A DNA stretch of 64,000 nucleotides from assembly GCA_051313645.2 (NCBI GenBank), contig JBNRSN020000002.1:552544001-552608000 (forward strand), in the 5' to 3' direction. Source of the stretch: Centroscyllium fabricii. Lineage: Eukaryota. The position numbers and the translations under genes were made by a program. This document shows positions 37,452-50,308 of this stretch, piece after piece; within the stretch, counting starts at the first letter, position 1, and each line of letters begins with the position of its first letter. The notes under the pieces were generated by a model. That model had not been told where the DNA came from. It saw only the letters and a program-made list of their open reading frames with translations, and ran no database searches.

Positions 37452-37592
37452 CTGGGGAGAAAAAAAACCAATACGAGACAGTTAGTGGACAGCAATTCTT
37501 CATTTTTAACAAAAAAAAACATGCAAAGGTTTAGACAAGAGAAAAACAAGCAGTGACAACGGAGCCTGTGTTGCTGCAATAATGTTTGAATG

Positions 37593-38217
37593 TGATGCGC
37601 TATCCAATAACTCCAAAAGACTATGATGTGAAGGTGCCGGTGTTGGACTGGGGTGGACAAATGCAAGAAGTCACACCACACCAGGTTATAGTCCAACAGT
37701 TTTATTTGAAATCACAAGCTTTCGGAGCGCAGCTCCGAAAGCTTGTGATTTCAAATAAAACTGTTGGACTATAACCTGGTGTGGTGTGACTTCTTGCATT
37801 TGTCCAAAAGACTAGAAGTTATACAAGTAACAAATAGGCTTTTATTCACTAAAGAATGAGAGAATAAAAGGAACCCCGGGGAGGGGCGGTTGGCTGAAGA
37901 TTGTCGGAATGATGGAAAGATGGAATGGCGGCGCGCACAGACGCAGCGGCTTTGCTGGACTCTTGGGCGCTTGCAAGATCACATTTCGTTGTTCATGTAC
38001 TTGTGCACTGTATAATGACAATAAAGTTTAATTATTATTATTATTATTATGCCTTCGCTGATCAACTGATCCCAGACTGAAGGGGGGCTGGGAGACAGTC
38101 ACCTTTATACCTGGGCCTGAGGGAGGAGCCACAGGCGGAGTCAGCAGGGGCATGCCCAGGCAGGTTACATACAGCAGGCAAGAGTGAACTATAATAAAAC
38201 AACAGTGGTTTACCACA
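37593..38217 (-). mobile_element. Solo LTR related to the Gypsy LTR, carrying two nested insertions
   Basis: Collinear matches GGCTTTTATT(C)ACTAAAGAATG, CACCT(T)TATACCTGG, GGCGGAGTCAGC and GGTTTACCACA; no clean target duplication. Confidence 0.7.
37624..37802. mobile_element. Inverted Penelope-like insertion (family 1), near-perfect palindrome
   Basis: 12-bp target duplication TCCAAAAGACTA; arms meet inside hammerhead stem II. Confidence 0.8.
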
Positions 38218-38557
38218 TTTATGCAAAGTGGCTTTGGATGAATGCTAAGACAAAAATGGTTATGTGGCTCAGGGATCACCTCAGCACACTGAAGACGAGA
38301 GGTGAAACTCTCGCCCGACTTCCAGCAGCTCAGCTCATGCTTTGAAGACGCTCCATACAAGCTACCTCTTTGACCAAGGTGTTGGGTCTCCTGTCCTAAT
38401 ATCTCCTTACGTGGCTCGGTGCCAAAGTTCCTCGGGACGTTTTACTACGTTAAAGGCGCTAGATGAATGCAAGTTGTTGTTGTGGCTTGGACCCAGTGCA
38501 AAGTAACATTTCTAAAGTTGCTCGATGGTGCAGTGGAAGGTCTGGGAACTGAAATAT

Positions 38558-39446
38558 GGGGCAGGATTTTCCTCGGGCCGTGAGGCGGGTTTCTGGGCGG
38601 GACTGCAACGAAAATAGCGGAAATGGGGGTCCGCGATTCCTCCCGCCACCTTCCCGCCCGCTTGTCAATTTCACCCAGCGGGTCCGGTCGGCCCGTCTCA
38701 GTCCCAACTGTCATCGGCGGGGATGCTCATTAGGGGCCCTTAATTGACATCGGTAATGCTATTTTAAGGGCCCCTTGCTACTTTGACCCTCTCCCCACCC
38801 AGAACCCGCCTGGTGGGAACACCGCCGTTGAAAGCTGGCGGGCACCCAATCAACTGGGGGACTGCCACCTTCAAGGCATGGGAACCGGCAGCCACACAAC
38901 GGCTTGGTAGCCTCCAACTTGCTGGAGGTGTAGCTGGCACCCAAGGGTACCAAACCTCAGTGCCCAAAGACCTTAAAATCACTTACCTGCCAGCTACGTC
39001 CCACTCACTCACAGACATCGTGCTGCGAGCTGTGTTTGTGAAGCAAAGCAGCTGCGCTGTCAATCACCCAGTGGATCAGTTTCTATTTACATTCCACTGA
39101 AACCACAAACAAACAGAGACAGCCTACTTAAAGCTGTCACTCTTAGATTTGTGGCTTCATCTGTTGGCGTAGCATTATGACATCATAATGCCCTGAAACC
39201 ACAGAAAGAGAAACACCAAGCCTATTGGTACAGCTGCCAATCATTGCTCTGCTGCTGACACAGGTCAAAGCCCGCCCAGTTTCTTGGCAAAATCCCTCAA
39301 TTGCCAGGATCTTCCCACACTCGGGGAATTAATTGGCCAATTAAGCCAAAGTTTTGTGGGGATTCCCCACCCTTCAGAAGAGTGGGAAGATAGACTGATC
39401 TGTGAGGATCCCACCCATTTCCCACACCTTCAGGAAAATCCTGCCC
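38558..39446 (+). mobile_element. MITE family A
   Basis: TIR GGGCAGGATTTTCCT/GGAAAATCCTGCCC; collinear with 5367-6257. Confidence 0.85.
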
Positions 39447-39694
39447 ATAATGTTGGATATTTTTAGCGTTGGGGGGAGAAGCCAGACGTCCGCCTGCATT
39501 GAAACATTAAACCTGATCTGGCTGAAGAGCCGAATGGTTTTGCCACTGGGCAATGTGCCACTCGCAGCTAGCAGTATAACTCAGGTCTGCCAGCGCCACT
39601 CTGCACGCCACAGGTAGTGGTGCAATGAACATTTAATGTAAGCCTTGCAACTGGAGACCTTATAGAACGTATCTGAATGTGATCAGACAGGATC

Positions 39695-41466
39695 GTACAG
39701 CACAGAAGGAGGCCATTCAGCCCATCATGCTTGCGTCAGCTCTCTGAAAGAGCAACCAATTAGTCCCACTCCCCTGCTCCTTCCCCATAACCCTGTAATT
39801 TTTTACGTATTTATTCAAGTTCCTTTTGAAAGTTACTATTGAATCTGCTTCCATTACCCTCTCAGGCAGTGCATTCCAGATCACAATAACTCGCTGAGTA
39901 AAATAAATTCTCATCTCCCCTGGCTATATTTTGCCAATTATCTTAAATCTGTGTCCTCTGGTTACCGATCCCCTTTCCACTGGAAACAGTCTCTCCCTAT
40001 CTACTCAATCAAAACTCCTCATATTCATGTCTGAATAAGAATGTAAGAAATGTGAGCAGGGGTAGGCCATTCGGCCCCTCTAGCCTGCTCCGCCATTCAA
40101 TAAGATCATGGCTGATCTTCAACTTCATCTCCACTTTCCTGCACTATCCCCATATAAGAACATAAGAACATAAGAAATAGGAGCAGGAGTAGGCCAATCG
40201 GCCCTTCGAGCCTGCTCCGCCATTCAACAAGATCATGGCTGATCTGATCCTAACCTCAAATTTATTTCTACTCTCCACCCCGCCCAGACCCATGTGATCA
40301 CCTGGGAGAGGCGAAAAACCAGATTAAAAAAACCAGTAGCCAATTTGGGAGAAAAAAATCAGGAAAATTCCTCTCCGACCCATCTAGGCGATCGAAAACT
40401 GGTCCAGGAGATCACATGGCCGATCTGAACCTAGCCTCATGTCCACTTACCTGCCCGCTCACCATAACCCCTAATTCCCTTTACTTCCAGGAAACTGTCT
40501 ATCTCAGTTTTAAATTTATTCAATGTAGTAGCTTCTACAGCTCTCTGGGGCAGCAAATTCCACAGCCCCACCACCCTCTGAGTAAAGAAGTTCCCCCTCA
40601 TCTCAGTTTTGAAATGGCAGCCCCTTATTTTAAGATTATGCCCCCTAGTCCTAGTCTCACCCACCATTGGGAACATCCTCACCGCATCCACCTGATCAAG
40701 CCCTCTCACAATCTTATATGTTTCAATAAGATCGCCTCTCATTCTTCTGAACTTCAATGAGTAGAGGCCCAATCTACTCAGCCTCTCGTCATATGTTAGC
40801 CCCCTCATCCCCGGAATTAACCTAGTGAACCTTCTCTGCACTGCCTCGAGAGCAAGTATGTCCCCCGATTCCCTTAATATCCAAAAATCCATCGCTCACT
40901 GCCTTGAATATACTCAACGACTGAGCCTCCACAGCCCTCTGGGGTGGAGAATTCCAAAGATTTACCGCCCTCAGTGAAGAAATTTCTCCTCATCTCATTA
41001 CATAAATTTAAAACAGAAATAGGCAGCTTCCTGGAAGTAAAAGGGATTAAGGGTTACGGGGAGCGGGCAGGAATTTGGACATGAGTCTAGGTTCAGATCG
41101 GTCATGGCCCTGTGGGTAGTGGAGCGGGCCCAAGGACCGTGTAGCCTGATCCTGCTCCTATTTCGTGTGTCTAATTCTGTTAGATTCAGGAGATGCTTCT
41201 GTGATGGTAGATTGGTGGTTAGGAACAGATCAGCTATGATCTCGTTGAATGGCGGAGCAGGCTCGAGGGGCCGATTGGCCTACTCCTGCTCCTATTTCTT
41301 ATGTTCTGATGTTCTTATGTTCTCAGTCCTAAATGGCCGACCCCTTATCCTGAGACTGTGACCCCTGAGTCTAGACTCCCCAGCCAGGGGAAACATCCTC
41401 GTCGTATCTACCCTGTCAAGCCCTGTAAGGATTTTGTATGTTTCAATGAGATCACCTCTCATTCTT
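39695..41466. mobile_element. Cluster of nested CR1 3' fragments in both orientations
   Basis: Several CR1 ORF2 ends and (CATAAGAA)n tails. Confidence 0.85.
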
Positions 41467-41525
41467 GTAGGATAGGATCTGACGGCCCCTGCCAGCCCTC
41501 TAGAATACCTTAAGTATTATTCCTA

Positions 41526-42250
41526 AATTCAATTCAATTCAAGTTTTATTGTCATTGCAGAGTACTAGTACAATACAACGAGACGAAGACTCGACTCTCC
41601 CGAGAGTAGTGCAAATAAAATAAATAAATTACATGCAAAATGCATACAGTAAAGTACATTATCAGGCGTACAGGTACCGGAGTTTCTTTTTAGAGTTCAG
41701 GAGGCTGACAGCCCTGGGGAAGAAGCTGTTCTGAAATCTAGTTGTGCGGGTGCAAATTGCTCTGTAGCGTCTCCCGGAGGGCAGGGGGGCGAACAGACTG
41801 TGGCTGGGGTGTGTGGAGTCTTTAATAATGTTCATAGACCTCCGTAAGCAGCGTTTGAGGTAGATGCTTTCCATTGACGGTAGCTGTGTACCGGTAATTC
41901 GTTGGGCAGTTTTGACTACCCGCTGCAGGGTTTTCCGGTCCGAGATAGTGCAATTACCATACCAGACAGTGATGCAGCTTGTCAGTATGCTTTCTATTGT
42001 GCAGCGGTAGAAGTTGGAGAGGATGCCGGATGACAGCCTGGCTTTCTTCAGCTTCCTTAGGAAGTACAGGCGCTGTTGGGCCTTCTTAACCAGAGAGGAG
42101 GTGTTTAGTGACCAGGAGAGATCTTCCGAGATGTGGACCCCGAGGAACTTGAAGCTGGACACCCTTTCCACCTCAGCCCCTTGGATGAAGATGGGGGTGT
42201 GTCTTCTGCTTCCAGTCCTCCGGAAGTCCACTATGATTTTAATGCTTTCC
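41526..42250 (-). mobile_element. Rex1/Babar-clade LINE 3' fragment
   Basis: Open ORF IIVDFRR...FKFLGVHISEDLSW...KKAQQRLYFLRKL...LPSGRRYR...SFFP; tail AATGACAATAAA(TTGAA)n. Confidence 0.85.
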
Positions 42251-42534
42251 TGTGGGGAGTGATTCAGCGCTCCCAATGGGGAAACCGTGACCGCATGGAG
42301 CCGAGGTTGGAGAACGGGCTACAGCATTCCAGCCCCAATCCTCCGACCCGCCATCCCGGGGGAACATGTCTCCCTATAGATCCTGATGTGATTTTACAGA
42401 GTAAAAAAAAAAAGGTTTCTAGAACCTGTTCGTTTGAAATGGATCGATTTTAATTTTCCGTCCTTCAGGTGTTTTGGTCTGTACATATTGCACTCAACAG
42501 TTATTAAAAGTAACATCTCGCACAATCCACTTGC

Positions 42535-43915
42535 ACAGAAACATAGAAGATAGGACAGGAGTAGGCCATTCAGCCCCTCGAGCCCGTTCCGCCATTCAAT
42601 GAGATCATGGCTGATCATCCAAATTCAGTACCCTGTCCCTGCTTTCTCCCCATAGCCCTTGATCCCTTTAGCCTTAAGAAATATATCTAACTCCTTCTTG
42701 AACATATTTAATGAATTGGCCTCAACTGCCATCTGTGGTAGAGAATTCCACAGGTTCACCACTCTCTGGGTGAAGAAATTCCTCCTCAACTCTGTCCTAA
42801 ATGGCTTACCCCTTATCCTTAGACGGTGACCCCTGGTTCTGGACTCCCCCGCCGTCGGGGAACATCCTTCCTGCATCTAGTCTGTCTAGTCCTGTTAGAA
42901 TTTTATAAGTTTCAATGAGATCCCCTCTCATTCTTCTAAACGCCAGTGAGTGTAAGCCCAATCGACACAAGGGCGGCACGGTGGCATAGTGGTTAGCACT
43001 GTTGCCTTACAGCACTAGAGACCCGGTTCAAATCCAGCCTCGGGTACAATCTGTGTGGAGTTTGCACATTCTCCCCGTGTCTGCATGGGTTTCCTCCGGG
43101 TGCTCTGGTTTCCTCCCACAGTCCAAAGATGTGCGGGTTAGGTTGATTGGCCATGATAAATTGACCCTTAGTGTTAGGGGGATTGAATATGTGGGGTTAC
43201 GGGGATAGGGTGGGATATGTGTCGGTGCAGGCTCGATGGGGATCGAGGGATATGGGGACAAGGCATGGACAGGGTGCTGGGTTTGGATGATCAGCCATGA
43301 TCTCATTGAATGGCGGAGCAGGCTCGAAGGGCCGAATGGCCTACTCCTGCTCCTATCTTCTATGTTTCTATGTTAATCGCTCCTCATACGTCATTCCTGC
43401 CATCCCAGGTATCAGCCTGGTGAATCTTCGCTGCACTCCTTCCATAGCAAGGACATCCTTCCTCAGATAAAGCGACCAAAACTGCCCACAATACTTGAGA
43501 TGTGGTCTCATCAAGGCCCTGTACAACTGCAGCAAGACATCCTTGTTCCTGTACTCAAACCCTCTCGCTACGAAGGTCAACATACCATTTGCCTTCTTAA
43601 CCGCCTGCTACACCTGCATGCTTACCTTCAGCGACTGGTGCACAAGGACACCCAGGTCTCGTTACACTTCCCCTTCTCCCAATCTATTGCCATTCAGATA
43701 ATAATCTGCCTTCCTGTTTTTGACACCAAAGTAGATAACCTCACATTTATCCACATTATATTGCATCTGCCATACTTCTGCCCAATCACCCAACCTGTCC
43801 AAATCACCCTGGAGTTTCTCAGCATCCTCCTCACAGCACACACGCCCACCCAGCTTTGTGTCATCTGCAAACTTGGGAGATATTACATCTAGTTCCCTAG
43901 TCCAGATCATTAATA
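42535..43915 (-). mobile_element. CR1 fragment with nested HE1 SINE (about 42971-43374, +)
   Basis: KFADDTKLGG...RMRGDLIET; closely similar to the 3' part of 7115-10613. Confidence 0.9.
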
Positions 43916-44309
43916 TATATTGTTATATATTAATTATACTTGACACATTTCCTCAGCTCCTTCTAGCTCTCATGGGGGATTCTGCTTGCCAACAGAGACC
44001 AATTGCTTGAGAGATTACACACCCAGAGTCTCGGGAGATGGCAGGCAGTCTCTTTCTAAAGTCTGCGGTTTAATTCAGCAGCCGGGCAGACGTGTTCGGG
44101 ACGATCGAGGGAGGTGCCGCCAAGATGCAGGGCAAAGGTTTGCGTGTCAGCGTTCCCTTGTTGCCTGCTCCTGATCTCAGGCTGGCCTCCTGGTGCCATT
44201 GTGAGCTGGGGGTTAGTCCCCATCTCCACGGCCCCTAAGGGAAACAGGCAGGTGAGTCACCCAGGGCTGCTTCCCCTCACATCCTGACACTTAAAAAAAA
44301 AACCTTTAA

Positions 44310-44832
44310 TCCATTGATGGGATGTAGACGTCGCTGGCTGGCTAGGCCTGCATTTAGTGCCCATCCCTAATCGCCCTTGAGAAGATGGTGGTGAGCTGCC
44401 TTCTTGAACCGCTGCAGTCCATATGGTGTAGGTACACCCACAATGTTGTTAGGAAGGGAGTTCCAGGATTTTGGCCCAGCGACAGTGAAGGAGCAGCGAT
44501 ACAGGTCCAAGTCACGATGGTGTGTGGCTTGGAGGGGCACTTGTAGGTGGTGATGTTCCCATGCATCTGCTGCCCTTGTCCTTCTAAGTGGTAGAGGTCG
44601 CGGGTTTGGAAGGTGCTGTTGAAGGAGCTTTGGCGAGTTGCTGCAGTGCATCTTGTAGATGGTACACACTGCAGCCACAGTGCACCGGTGGTGGAGGGAG
44701 TGAATGTTGAAGGTGGTGTACAGGGTGCCAATCAAGTGGCCTGCTTTGTCCTGAATGGTGTCGAGCTTCTTGAGTGTTGTTGGAGCTGCACTCAACCAGG
44801 CAAGTGGAGAGTATTCCATCACACTCCTGACT
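44310..44832 (-). mobile_element. CR1-clade LINE 3' fragment
   Basis: Copy of about 7410-7930. Confidence 0.85.
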
Positions 44833-46079
44833 TATACAGCAGCCCTGGCTCAGGGAGCCAAGGAGATGATTCTCTGGCCCACTTCAGCTGGGGAAATAGC
44901 ACAAATCACTAAAGAGAAGGAAACTGGGGGAAAAAATGTAGAAGGAATATTTAAAAAAATGAGTGGTTCAAATTCAGGTCTGAAGGGCAGCTAACTGACA
45001 GCGCCATCTAGTGGTTCCACGACAAAATGCAGAGAAATACAAATTAATTCAGTACCATTGAAAACAGAACTGTAATGAATCCTCAATTAGGCTCCGAAAG
45101 ATTTACTGAATAGACAGGTCCTTTCTATAAAAAGATTTTAAAAAATATTTTCTCTCTTTTTGATGGGCCTGTAGCGAATTGGGCTTGTATTGTGCCAGAA
45201 GCTGACACAATCTGCGAGAGTTTAGTATGATTCAACATCACCCTCCCGCGGGAAATTGGAATAAGCAGATTTATTCACGGAATTGCTATTCCGCCCCCCG
45301 CCCCACCCCCACTTTCCTCTCCTCGCAGGAAGGCACTGACCTCTGGCTGATGTATGGCTCCAGATTGGTGCCAGGCGCCCAGAGCTATGGCAGATCCAAA
45401 TGGCCGTTATTAATGTGCGAGGCTCGGCCGGCGAGTGGGCTCTGTGGGTTATTCCGCCTTTAGGTGCATCGCAGGCCGAGTCAGACCCAGTCCCCTGCTC
45501 AATGTTCACAGGTGCAAACTTTCCGACTGCGCTCACTGCGCTAGTTAGCTGCCTGGGCTGAGTTGCTGCCCTTGGTAACCCAAGTCGGGATCGAAGCCAG
45601 CTGCAGGGGTCCTTGAGCACTGGCACAAGCTGAGGTCAGCTCATTCAGCACGGCGCAAGGCACTGCCCCCCCCCCCCCACAACCCCACAGCCTGGCACTT
45701 TTGTGTGTTTTAGCTACTCACTGCATAATCTCGCGAAGCCTTTGAGTGGGCCCCCCCGGGGGGTCATTTCACATAATTGCGATCCACAGCCACGGTTTAA
45801 GAAAATCAGCAGCTACAGATGCTGCTGGGACGAAGTGAGTGAATCGCTCGGCTCCCCTGCTGATGTGTTAATCCAGAGAACAGAAGACTGGAACCACAGG
45901 CAATGAATCAAATCATCACTGCCATCAATAATGGAGCTCACAGTGGCCCAGCCAAAGCTACAGTCGTGCTAATCTATGTAGCATCATTTCAAAAACGAGA
46001 TGAAGCAGGGGAAGTTGTTTAAAAAGATGTTTTATTCCACTGCACGCACATTGCTTCAATAGTCCCCCCTGTGTCCTCT

Positions 46080-46430
46080 TCAACAACAACTTGCATTTAT
46101 ATAGCGCCTTTAATGTAGTAAAACGCCACCCCCTAAGGCATTTCACGGGAGTGATTATCAAACAGAATTTCACACCAAGGCACATAATGGGATATTAGAA
46201 CAGGTGGCCAAAAGCTTGGTCAAAGAGGTAGGTTTTGAGGTGCATCTTAAAGGTGGAGAGAGAGAGATGGAGCGGTTCAGGGAGGGAATTAGCGAGCTTA
46301 GGGCCCAGGCAGCTGAAGGCACGGACATCAATGGTGGAGCGATTAAAATCAGGGACGCGCAAGAGGTCAGAATTGGAGAAGCGCAGAGACCCCAAAGGAT
46401 TGTAGGGCCAGAGGAGGTTACAGAGGTCGG
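46080..46430 (-). mobile_element. L2-like LINE 3' end
   Basis: RAFSCLGPKL.NSLP...FKMHLKTYLFDQAF; tail GGCGCTATATAAATGCAAGTTGTTG. Confidence 0.7.
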
Positions 46431-47344
46431 GAACACACCTGCTGGGAGATTTTGTACTTATGGTGTCACATTTACGGTCACACTTACAGAAGCCCCTTTA
46501 CTTCAGTGTCTGGAAGGGCATCATATTCACAATGGTTCCGGGGTGAAGTCCCAGTGTCTGGCCCATGCAGACCATTAAGGTCTCCAGTCTGATCGCGAGC
46601 GAGACAACATACAGATGACCACATGGCCCCTGGTCTAGGCGGGGAATTTTAGCCTGATCGCTGCCCAGTGTTCTGGTGCAAGTTCTTGACCTTTTCTCAT
46701 TCTGGGTGGTGCGGGTTGCTAGCATTTTACATCGGATTTCCAGGTTTTCGGTCCCTAGTTATGTTCCACGGCTTGTGCTGAGGACACTAATCTGGGAAAC
46801 TGATGAATGGAATCTCAGTGGTTGGCAAGCTCTTGAAATCTTAAAGGTATTTAACAATAGGACAAGATCTTTACATCCAAATGGAACAGTGCTGGAAAAT
46901 CAGAGCAACTCAATATATTTTCTTTGCTTTGCTGATTTCCTCCTCTGCGGAAGGCTAACACTCGGCGGGGGCTGGGGCTGGAGGGAGGGGGAAGGGTGGA
47001 CGAAGTATGGCTCCATGGGTATTGGTTGCCCTCCAGTACCTTGCCCAAGAGTGAGCCGGGACGGTAAGTACGGGCAGACCACGGGGGTGTCTTCAAGCCC
47101 GTTCCCTGTTCGCACGCAATCACACTTTCCAGGTGGGGGTCACGGGGTGATAATCAAGACAGACTACGGTTGATTTTTCTCTTCCCCAGCCCAGGGACAG
47201 CGCTGAGCGACCACTACCACAGCCAGGGTCATCTGCTGAAGCTAGGGCCTTCCTTGGGCTAATTGCTCAGTTACGGCACTGTCTGACTGAACTACCAGTC
47301 CAGTTTCCAATTGGCCTTCCAGTAATTGTGAAAACGGGACACTC

Positions 47345-47997
47345 TGGGGAGGGCTGCTAATGGGGCGCAAAGCACTTAGTGCCTGGGCTGGCACCTCCCG
47401 TGATATTCAGTGGGGCGCTGGCGGGGGCGGTAACCGGTAGCACTGCCGGTGATGACATCATTGCCGTGCACAGCGCCCCGGCCGCGAACCTCAGTCGCGC
47501 CCGCTGCCGTACCGCTGGACATTGTCACCAACAGGGTCAGGGGGGCCTACTTGCAGCAGGGCGGCCATTTTTCTTGCTGGCCAACTGCCAGCACCTGCCC
47601 CCTCTGCCGACCCGGCCGTCCCCGATGGCCCCCCACCGCCCGCCCACGGAGCGCTGGCTGTGCTCCGTCAGCCCAGTACTTCCCTCGTGTGCCGGGCTCC
47701 TTTGGCGGCATTGCGATCCCCGGCGTCCAATGGGGTTCCAGCCCGAGCCGCGCTAGGCCACTCCTCTTTAATCAGGGGAGGAAGGCCTGCAGTACCGCGG
47801 CGCGGCGCTCTGCAGAGCGTGGCGCAGCGACCCACAGTGCCTGAAATTGAGTGGTAGCCCCTGAAGAATGAGGTCGGGCACCTGCAGTAACGCCTTACCT
47901 CCTACTTGGGGCGCTAAAACCCAATTTCAGGAGGAGCGGCACGAACTTTTTCTAGGCGCTAAAAGTAGCGCACCGTCAAGGTACCGAATCTTTCCCC
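47345..47997. mobile_element. GC-rich MITE family C, inverted relative to 55963-56696
   Basis: Collinear reverse-complement similarity. Confidence 0.7.
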
Positions 47998-48290
47998 CAA
48001 AACGTTCCATTTTCCAAAACATGGGCTTTTTTTTTAATAAAGGGCCCAAGCATGCGTGAACATGGAATAAGACCACATTCCACACTTGTGTATTTGTGGG
48101 CAGGCTGCATCCTTCCCTCTCCCCGAATTTCACACACGTCTAAGCAAAGAGGCTCACATATATGTACAGTACAAGATTAAAAAAAAGAAAATCTGGCTTT
48201 GGACTGGGCAATGTCAATGTGCTACCATGGAATATTTCAGTCAATCACTGCATCTCTGCACATTACGTTGTAAATAAAAGTTGTTACTTA

Positions 48291-48461
<171 letters not shown>

Positions 48462-48726
48462 CTACTTCAATACAGTCTTACTGTTTCAGCAACTAGATTA
48501 GAGGACAAAATGGTGGTGTTGTGACGGGAGATGTTGGGTTTGTTTGTGAAGAGACAGGGGAGTCTTGGCCTTTTAGAATCCTGTGTCCATCATACAGAAG
48601 GAGGTGAATGCAAATTCATCCCATGATTCAAATCCCAACGAGATTTCGAAACGGGCCTGAAAGGGCCCCTCACCCTACCTGATGTGCACCCGTGGTGTTT
48701 ACTCTTGATCAAACCTATATGGGGTA

Positions 48727-50308
48727 CAGGTTGAGCACCGGTAACCCGGCACCTTCGGGACCAGGCCGGTGCCGGACCACTGAAAATTCCGAATCACTGA
48801 AGGTTCAGGGAGAGCGCGCAGTAGAACATTCCCCGGGGCCCGGAGCGCGCGGGTAGAACACTCCCCGGGAGGGAGGCCGGCGATTGAACACTCCCCGGGG
48901 CCCGGAGCGCGCGGGTAGAACACTCACCGGGGCCCGGAGCGCGCGGGTAGAACACTCCCTGGGGCCCGGAGTGCGTGGGTAGAACACTCCCCGGGAGGGA
49001 GCCCGGGGATAGAACACTCCCCGGGGCCCGGAGCGTGCGGGTAGAACACTCCCCGGGGCCGGGAGCGCGCGGGTAGAACACTCACCGGGGCCCGGAGCGC
49101 GCTGGAAGCACACTCCCCGGGGCCCGGAGCGCGCGGGTAGAACACTCCCCGAGGCCCGGAGTGTGCGGTAGAACACTCCCCGGGGCCCGGAGCGCGCGGT
49201 AAAACAACCCCCGGGGCCCGGAGCACGTGGTAGAACACTCACCGGGAGGGAGCCCAGGGATAGAAACCTCCCCGGGGCCCGGAGTGCGCGGGTAGAACCC
49301 TCCCCGGGGCCCGGAGCGCGCGGGTAGAACACACCCCAGGGCCCAGAGCGCGTGGGTCAAACCCTCCCCGGGGCCCGGAGCGCGCGGGTAGAACACTCAC
49401 CGGGGCCCAGAGTGCACGGGTAGAACACTCCCCGGGGCCTGGAGCGCACGGGTAGAACCCTCCCCGGGACCCGGAGCGCGCGGGTAGAACACTCACCGGG
49501 GCCCGGAGCGCGCTGGAAGAACACTCCCCGGGGCCCGGAGCGCGCGGGTAGAACACTCCCCGAGGCCCGGAGTGCGCGGTAGAACACTCCCCGGGGCCCG
49601 GAGCGCGCGGTAAAACAACCCCCGGGGCCCGGAGCACGCGGTAGAACACTCACCGGGAGGGAGCCCAGGGATAGAAACCTCCCCGGGGCCCGGAGCGCAC
49701 GGGTAGAACACTCACCGGGGCCCAGAGTGCACAGGTAGAACACTCCCCGGGGCCCGGAGCGCATGGGTAGAACCCTCCCCGGGGCCCAGAGCGCGCGGGT
49801 AGAACACACCCCAGGGCCCAGAGCGCATGGGTCAAACCCTCCCCGGGGCCCGGAGCACGCGGGTAGAACACTCACCGGGGCCCAGAGTGCACGGGTAGAA
49901 CCCTCCCCGGGACCCGGAGCGCGCGGGTAGAACACACCCCAGGGCCCAGAGCGCGTGAGTCAAACCCTCCCCGGGGCCCGGAGCGCACGGGTAGAACACT
50001 CACCGGGGCCCGGAGCGCGCAGGTAGAACACTCCCCGGGGTCCGGAGCACGTGGGTCGAACCCTCCCCGGGGCCCGGAGCGCTCAGGTAGAACACTCCCC
50101 GGGAGGGAGCCCGGGGATAGAACACGTACAGAATGTAAAAAAAACAGAAACCCAAACGCCCGACACCTTTGGCGCTCGCTCACCCTTCGCAGGAAACGGT
50201 GGCGCCACTGAGTGGCTGCTCCACAAACTGAAGACCGCCGGTTTCGATTCGTGCCGAACCACTGAAGGTGCCGGACCATCGGGTGCCGGATTACCGGGGC
50301 TCAACCTG
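48727..50308 (-). mobile_element. Tc1/mariner-type MITE expanded by an internal minisatellite
   Basis: TA|CAGGTTGAGC...GCTCAACCTG|TA; arms homologous to 16915-17218. Confidence 0.88.
48820..50125. repeat. About 32-bp GC/CpG-rich minisatellite (about 40 units) with a 411-bp higher-order duplication
   Basis: GGGTAGAACACTCCCCGGGGCCCGGAGCGCGC; variant GCTGGAAG recurs at 49101 and 49512. Confidence 0.95.

Noticed and set aside
48699-50279. Multiple repetitive ORFs (MFYPRAPGPG...)
   Set aside because: Translations of a stop-poor GC-rich minisatellite
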